Notes under the pieces: generated by a model | Database searches by the model: none | The model's input: only the letters and a program-made list of their open reading frames with translations | Told to the model about the DNA's origin: nothing | Virus record (IMG/VR): IMGVR_UViG_3300030090_007212 | Location: 74,503 to 138,502 of that record | Strand: one strand, 5' to 3' | DNA length: 64,000 bases | Origin: a virus | Program-made: the position numbers and the translations under genes | Part shown: one piece after another, positions 60,044-64,000 of the stretch | Layout of the letters: every line of letters begins with the position of its first letter | Position numbering within the stretch: the first letter of the stretch is position 1

Positions 60044-60103
60044 ATTTTTCTTTTTATAATAAATATTTGGTTTTCTGTTATATTTATATAAAAAACTTTC
60101 AAC

Positions 60104-60940
60104 ATGATTAAAACATATAAAAAGTCAGATATTGATAAATATATTAAGGAAAATAAAAATCCTAACGTGAGAGAAGAAGACGAAATAAATGAATTAGTTG
60201 ATAGCAGTGGTGCGATGATTGATAAGAATGATAATTTTAGAGCAACTCCTAGTATAATTCGTTCTAAAAAAACTAGTGATGATTTTGTTAGATCTGCGAC
60301 ACAAGGACCGGAAGCATATTTTATATATGGTGGACCATATTACGGAGTAAATTATAATTATGTAGTTAATGAAGAAGAAACTTTAGAAGAAGAAATTTCG
60401 CCTGAAACCTTACAAGATTTAGATGCGTTTCATGGAAAAAAGAAAAAATATAGTAGAGATCCTAAAGAAAGGGCAAGAAAATATGCAGTTAAAGATATTA
60501 AAAAACATTTTTATAAACCAGCGGCCCCTGGCTACGAAGTTGATCCTGTAGATAAATGGGCACAACACAGTTTACCTTATGATACGACTTTTGATTTGGA
60601 TTTATATGCCGAAGGGGAAATGAGAGATTTGGTAGATGAAATGTTTTTAAAGAAGAAAGATGAAAAAGGAATTGTTAAAAAAACTAATGAACAAGATATA
60701 TTAGCAGATAAAATATCTATTCCTGATGTTAGTGAATTAAAAAAGACGTATGAAAAACCTATGGTATTAAGAAAACTTAACCATTTGTTAGACCTTATTT
60801 CTAAAGAAGAAATTAGAGGAGATGAGTTAGCAATCATTGTAAATCATTTATTAGATAATATAGATATAAATTCTTTAGATGATTCAGTTAAAGAAATTTT
60901 AGGAGATAAAATTAAATATAACGATGAAGGAAACGAATAA
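60104..60940 (+). CDS. Hypothetical protein
   Basis: 278-aa ORF with ATATTTATA at 60080-60088. Confidence 0.78.
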   Translation: MIKTYKKSDIDKYIKENKNPNVREEDEINELVDSSGAMIDKNDNFRATPSIIRSKKTSDDFVRSATQGPEAYFIYGGPYYGVNYNYVVNEEETLEEEISPETLQDLDAFHGKKKKYSRDPKERARKYAVKDIKKHFYKPAAPGYEVDPVDKWAQHSLPYDTTFDLDLYAEGEMRDLVDEMFLKKKDEKGIVKKTNEQDILADKISIPDVSELKKTYEKPMVLRKLNHLLDLISKEEIRGDELAIIVNHLLDNIDINSLDDSVKEILGDKIKYNDEGNE

Positions 60941-61454
60941 AGGAGGTAATAAAGATTTACATGGTAAATATTGGTCGTGTCCTGATTATGTAATCAATTG
61001 TATCAATAATGCAGTAAAAACTTATGAATCTATTAATAAAAATAAAGAAACTACTGAAGGTTATAAAAGAGCTAAAGGATTACTAGAAAATAATATGCTT
61101 GAATATAATCATATGAAAAGAATTAAAAATTGGTTCGACACTTTTGAGGGTAACCATAATGATATGGAATATAGATTAAATGGGGGTAAAACCATGCATA
61201 ATTGGATAAATTCTACATTGAATAAGGAAACTGAAGCATTAAAAGGACCGAAGAAAATAAAAATGGAAACAGGGTTATCCAACCAATTCATAAAAGATCA
61301 TGAGAAAGATAATAGTAAAATAAATAAACATACCTTAAAAGTCAAATTACCTAAACTCCATAAAGATGTAAGTGGTCAAACATGGAGAGGTAAGCCGGTT
61401 TATGAGGAAATTGAAAGAATTCAATCATTAATAATATACGAATCAAAAATATAA
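60924..61454 (+). CDS. Hypothetical protein
   Basis: 176 aa, coupled to the upstream gene; C-terminal EEIERIQSLI motif. Confidence 0.75.
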   Translation: MKETNKGGNKDLHGKYWSCPDYVINCINNAVKTYESINKNKETTEGYKRAKGLLENNMLEYNHMKRIKNWFDTFEGNHNDMEYRLNGGKTMHNWINSTLNKETEALKGPKKIKMETGLSNQFIKDHEKDNSKINKHTLKVKLPKLHKDVSGQTWRGKPVYEEIERIQSLIIYESKI

Positions 61455-61458
61455 AATT

Positions 61459-61797
61459 ATGCCAACAAAATTAGAAGAATTAGGAGATAAATTTAGAGTA
61501 GATAATATTCGAAGAAACGAATACCAAAATTCAGATGGTAAAGAATATGGGGCTAACCACCCTAATGCTATAGGTGATGGAGATGATAAAGGAAAAGGAA
61601 TGGGTGGTAATAGTGACCAAATTAATACTACACAAGGAGGAAGTGATGTAGATATTAACGGTAACCCTTCTGAACCGGGAACTGGAAGAAATGCACTAAT
61701 AGCACGTAATGAATCTAAATACGGATCAACAACAGGACCAAATGGATACGGACCATCTAAACCATATTACCCAGATTATATAGCAAAAGATCAATAA
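61459..61797 (+). CDS. Gly/Asn-rich hypothetical protein
   Basis: 112-aa ORF within the operon. Confidence 0.75.
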   Translation: MPTKLEELGDKFRVDNIRRNEYQNSDGKEYGANHPNAIGDGDDKGKGMGGNSDQINTTQGGSDVDINGNPSEPGTGRNALIARNESKYGSTTGPNGYGPSKPYYPDYIAKDQ

Positions 61798-61809
61798 ATC
61801 TAAGTTATT

Positions 61810-62184
61810 ATGACACTTTACAATATTGCAGAAAGTCTTATATTAGAAGTTGCTAGTAGAAATGATCTCATGCATGCTTTACAAAATCATCGTATCGTAG
61901 AATTAAGTTATGATGATGAAGAAGATCCAGGAGGAAAAGGAAGACGATGGGTACAAATGTATTGTTATGGAGTGTCTAAAGCAGGTAATGATGTGGTCAG
62001 AGTATATCAAGTAGGTGGGGATACCAAAACAATCCAACCAGGATGGAAATTATTTAGAGTAGATAGAATGAATAATTTGCGTGTTTTAGGTGGGGATTTT
62101 GATGAACCTAAACCATTATTTAACCCAAATGGGGATAAAGATATGATTAAAATATATTATATAGCACAATTTGAGGCAGTATAA
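61810..62184 (+). CDS. Stand-alone WYL-domain protein
   Basis: A....RIVELSY...GRRWVQ.YCYG...WKLFRVDRM..L pattern. Confidence 0.75.
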   Translation: MTLYNIAESLILEVASRNDLMHALQNHRIVELSYDDEEDPGGKGRRWVQMYCYGVSKAGNDVVRVYQVGGDTKTIQPGWKLFRVDRMNNLRVLGGDFDEPKPLFNPNGDKDMIKIYYIAQFEAV

Positions 62185-62212
62185 TAATAAAAAAAAAATA
62201 AAATAATTAATT

Positions 62213-62785
62213 ATGAGTAATGCAAGTAGATTAGCGGAAATTTTAAATAAATCTAAAGCGGTGATGCATAAAGCAGAAGAAAATCATGGGAGCACCAATA
62301 TGAACGGAGGTGGTGGAAATATGTTCTCAAGTCAAGAAAAAGAAATTCCTAATTTAACCGAAAACTTTATAAATCAAAATAGTAAAGGTGCAACTAGGTC
62401 AGTAGCGCCTAAAGGTGGGAATTATAGAAATTTATCTACTACTAAGATGCCTAAACATATTGTAGACGCAATGGTAAACAACCCAATAGAGATACCAGAA
62501 TCACCTAATCATACATTTGAATTACAAGACTTACAAGGATTAGTAAATGAAAGTACACCATCACCCCAACCTAATTATACTTCATCTAATGAAGGACATA
62601 TCTCTACTAACGCACAAAGTATTAGAGAAATTGTAAGAGAAGAGATCGGAGATGTGGTTAGAGAGGTGGTAGAAGAATATTTAGATAAATCTTTGGTAAC
62701 TGAAGATATTAAAATAAAAATAGGGGATACCATATTCGGTGGAAAACTTAAACCAATCCCTACCAAAAAGAAAAAAAGAGTATAA
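62213..62785 (+). CDS. Hypothetical protein
   Basis: 190-aa ORF, last of the operon, followed by a terminator. Confidence 0.75.
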   Translation: MSNASRLAEILNKSKAVMHKAEENHGSTNMNGGGGNMFSSQEKEIPNLTENFINQNSKGATRSVAPKGGNYRNLSTTKMPKHIVDAMVNNPIEIPESPNHTFELQDLQGLVNESTPSPQPNYTSSNEGHISTNAQSIREIVREEIGDVVREVVEEYLDKSLVTEDIKIKIGDTIFGGKLKPIPTKKKKRV

Positions 62786-62789
62786 AAAG

Positions 62790-62812
62790 AAACCCTCCTA
62801 AGAGGGTTTTTT
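62790..62812 (+). terminator. Intrinsic terminator, probably bidirectional
   Basis: AAACCCTC-CTAA-GAGGGTTT followed by T run, between convergent genes. Confidence 0.8.
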
Positions 62813-62816
62813 AATT

Positions 62817-63389
62817 TTATTTAATTGAATTTTCTAATTCTTCCTTCCCTTCCACAATTTGTGATTTAGCTAACCAAAAAGTTAAATCTCCAATTTTATC
62901 AATTTTCAATTTAAGTAATTTTTTATAAACCATCACATCTTCTTCTTTCTTTACATAAGGAATACCTAATGATTTTGAACAAACTGGTCCGACACCAGTT
63001 GCTTGAGATCTCCAATCAGTTAAATCTCTACCACAAACTCTACAAGATGAAACGTCAGATACAGTTAATTTACCTATTACTTGATATGCTTTATCAGTTT
63101 CTTTTAAAACTTTACTAATAGTCATTAAAAAAGGTCTGAATTCTAAATTATTGTCTTCAGCCACTCTTTTAGCAATAAATTTAGTAATTTTAATATCTAC
63201 GTTAACTTCTTTGACTTGTGGTTTAACCTCAGTTTTATAAACTAATTGTTTAGTAAAGAATTTACCTGCAGCTAATAATTGTCTCTCTGTTAAAGATCCA
63301 TATTTATTTAATCCACTTTGTAAGGAATTGATGAATCCGTTATTCCCTTTGTAATTTCTAACATTTGTAGTGATTTCTAATGTGCTCAT
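62817..63389 (-). CDS. Zn-ribbon (DUF6011-like) protein paralogous to the SNF2 helicase N-terminal domain
   Basis: CRVCGRDLTD..S...GVGPVC. Start moved to ATG 63389 (MSTLEITT) because the longer start overlaps the promoter. Confidence 0.75.
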   Translation of the reverse strand: MSTLEITTNVRNYKGNNGFINSLQSGLNKYGSLTERQLLAAGKFFTKQLVYKTEVKPQVKEVNVDIKITKFIAKRVAEDNNLEFRPFLMTISKVLKETDKAYQVIGKLTVSDVSSCRVCGRDLTDWRSQATGVGPVCSKSLGIPYVKKEEDVMVYKKLLKLKIDKIGDLTFWLAKSQIVEGKEELENSIK

Positions 63390-63420
63390 AATAGTTGTTT
63401 TTAATGGTTGTTGGTTATAA

Positions 63421-63452
63421 CAAATATACAACAATTATTTTAAACTGCCAAA
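63421..63452 (-). promoter_or_regulatory. Complete Bacteroidota-type promoter (-33 TTTG / -7 TAnnTTTG)
   Basis: Minus strand reads TTTG-20 bp-TATATTTG. Confidence 0.75.
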
Positions 63453-63478
63453 TTTTTTCTTAATTATTTTTTTGATGT

Positions 63479-64000
63479 TTAAGCCGCCACCTCTTCGGTA
63501 GCGACATTATTCATTTTGTATGGATAGTCTGCATGAGTTTTAGACCCCATTCTCTTCCATAGATCGAAATCAACCATCTTTTTCCAAGCGTGGTGCATAT
63601 TACTTACTGTAAGATTGAGTAGAAAACTCTTATCAATAGAGTAGAATTTTTTTCCTTTAGTACATAAAACGTTTAACCAAATACCCTTATGGTCTTCTGT
63701 TGGGTTTTCAGGTTCACTCCATACTTGTACATTATCTAAAAAACCGTAAGTTTGTTGGATAAACTCCTGTGGCGTCTGTTCGTAACGGGTTTCACTAATA
63801 GTAAGGAAACCTGCTCTACATTTTGCGGTGTAACGAAACTTATACTTTTTATTTTCATCTAAATGATTAGTAACACTAAATGTAAAGTATTTACCAGTGT
63901 TATCATACTGAGATACTTTCCCATAATAGAATTTATTATCTATCTCTGGATGGTTACTTGTTGAAGATTCGTTTTTTCGGATTGCATTTGAATTATTCAT
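63479..64000 (-). CDS. Hypothetical protein (start may lie beyond the window)
   Basis: 173-aa ORF whose ATG is at the last bases of the window. Confidence 0.65.
   Translation of the reverse strand: MNNSNAIRKNESSTSNHPEIDNKFYYGKVSQYDNTGKYFTFSVTNHLDENKKYKFRYTAKCRAGFLTISETRYEQTPQEFIQQTYGFLDNVQVWSEPENPTEDHKGIWLNVLCTKGKKFYSIDKSFLLNLTVSNMHHAWKKMVDFDLWKRMGSKTHADYPYKMNNVATEEVAA

Noticed and set aside
1-64000. tRNA, rRNA, CRISPR array, integrase or transposase
   Set aside because: None recognised; intergenic gaps are short and accounted for by promoters and terminators. A covariance-model scan was not possible.

Overview
AT-rich 64 kb segment of a large T4-like myophage (contractile tail), read in the standard genetic code. 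It holds the tail, neck and fibre morphogenesis region (sheath, tube, tape-measure-like protein, gp26/gp51-like chaperones, baseplate proteins, gp13/14/15-like neck proteins, several large fibres), interleaved with replication genes (5'-3' exonuclease, RecA/UvsX, gp32-like SSB, SNF2 helicase, glutaredoxin, family B polymerase). TAnnTTTG promoters point to a Bacteroidota host, and an ATATTTAT(A/T) motif precedes most structural genes. Most notable: (1) a cassette of proteins with N-terminal leaders ending L-x-E, which look like capsid-packaged cargo and include an OspF/SpvC-type phosphothreonine-lyase-like domain, a HAD phosphatase and a pre-toxin-like protein; (2) a canonical -1 slippery site (A AAU UUU) that would fuse a 426-aa coiled-coil protein to the next ORF to give about 1400 aa; (3) a second, +1/-2 frameshift candidate in the tail chaperone; (4) an unannotated ribbon-helix-helix gene with a candidate operator; (5) a stand-alone paralogue of the helicase N-terminal domain. 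All family assignments come from motif recognition by eye, with no database searches. No tRNA, rRNA, CRISPR array or mobile element was seen.
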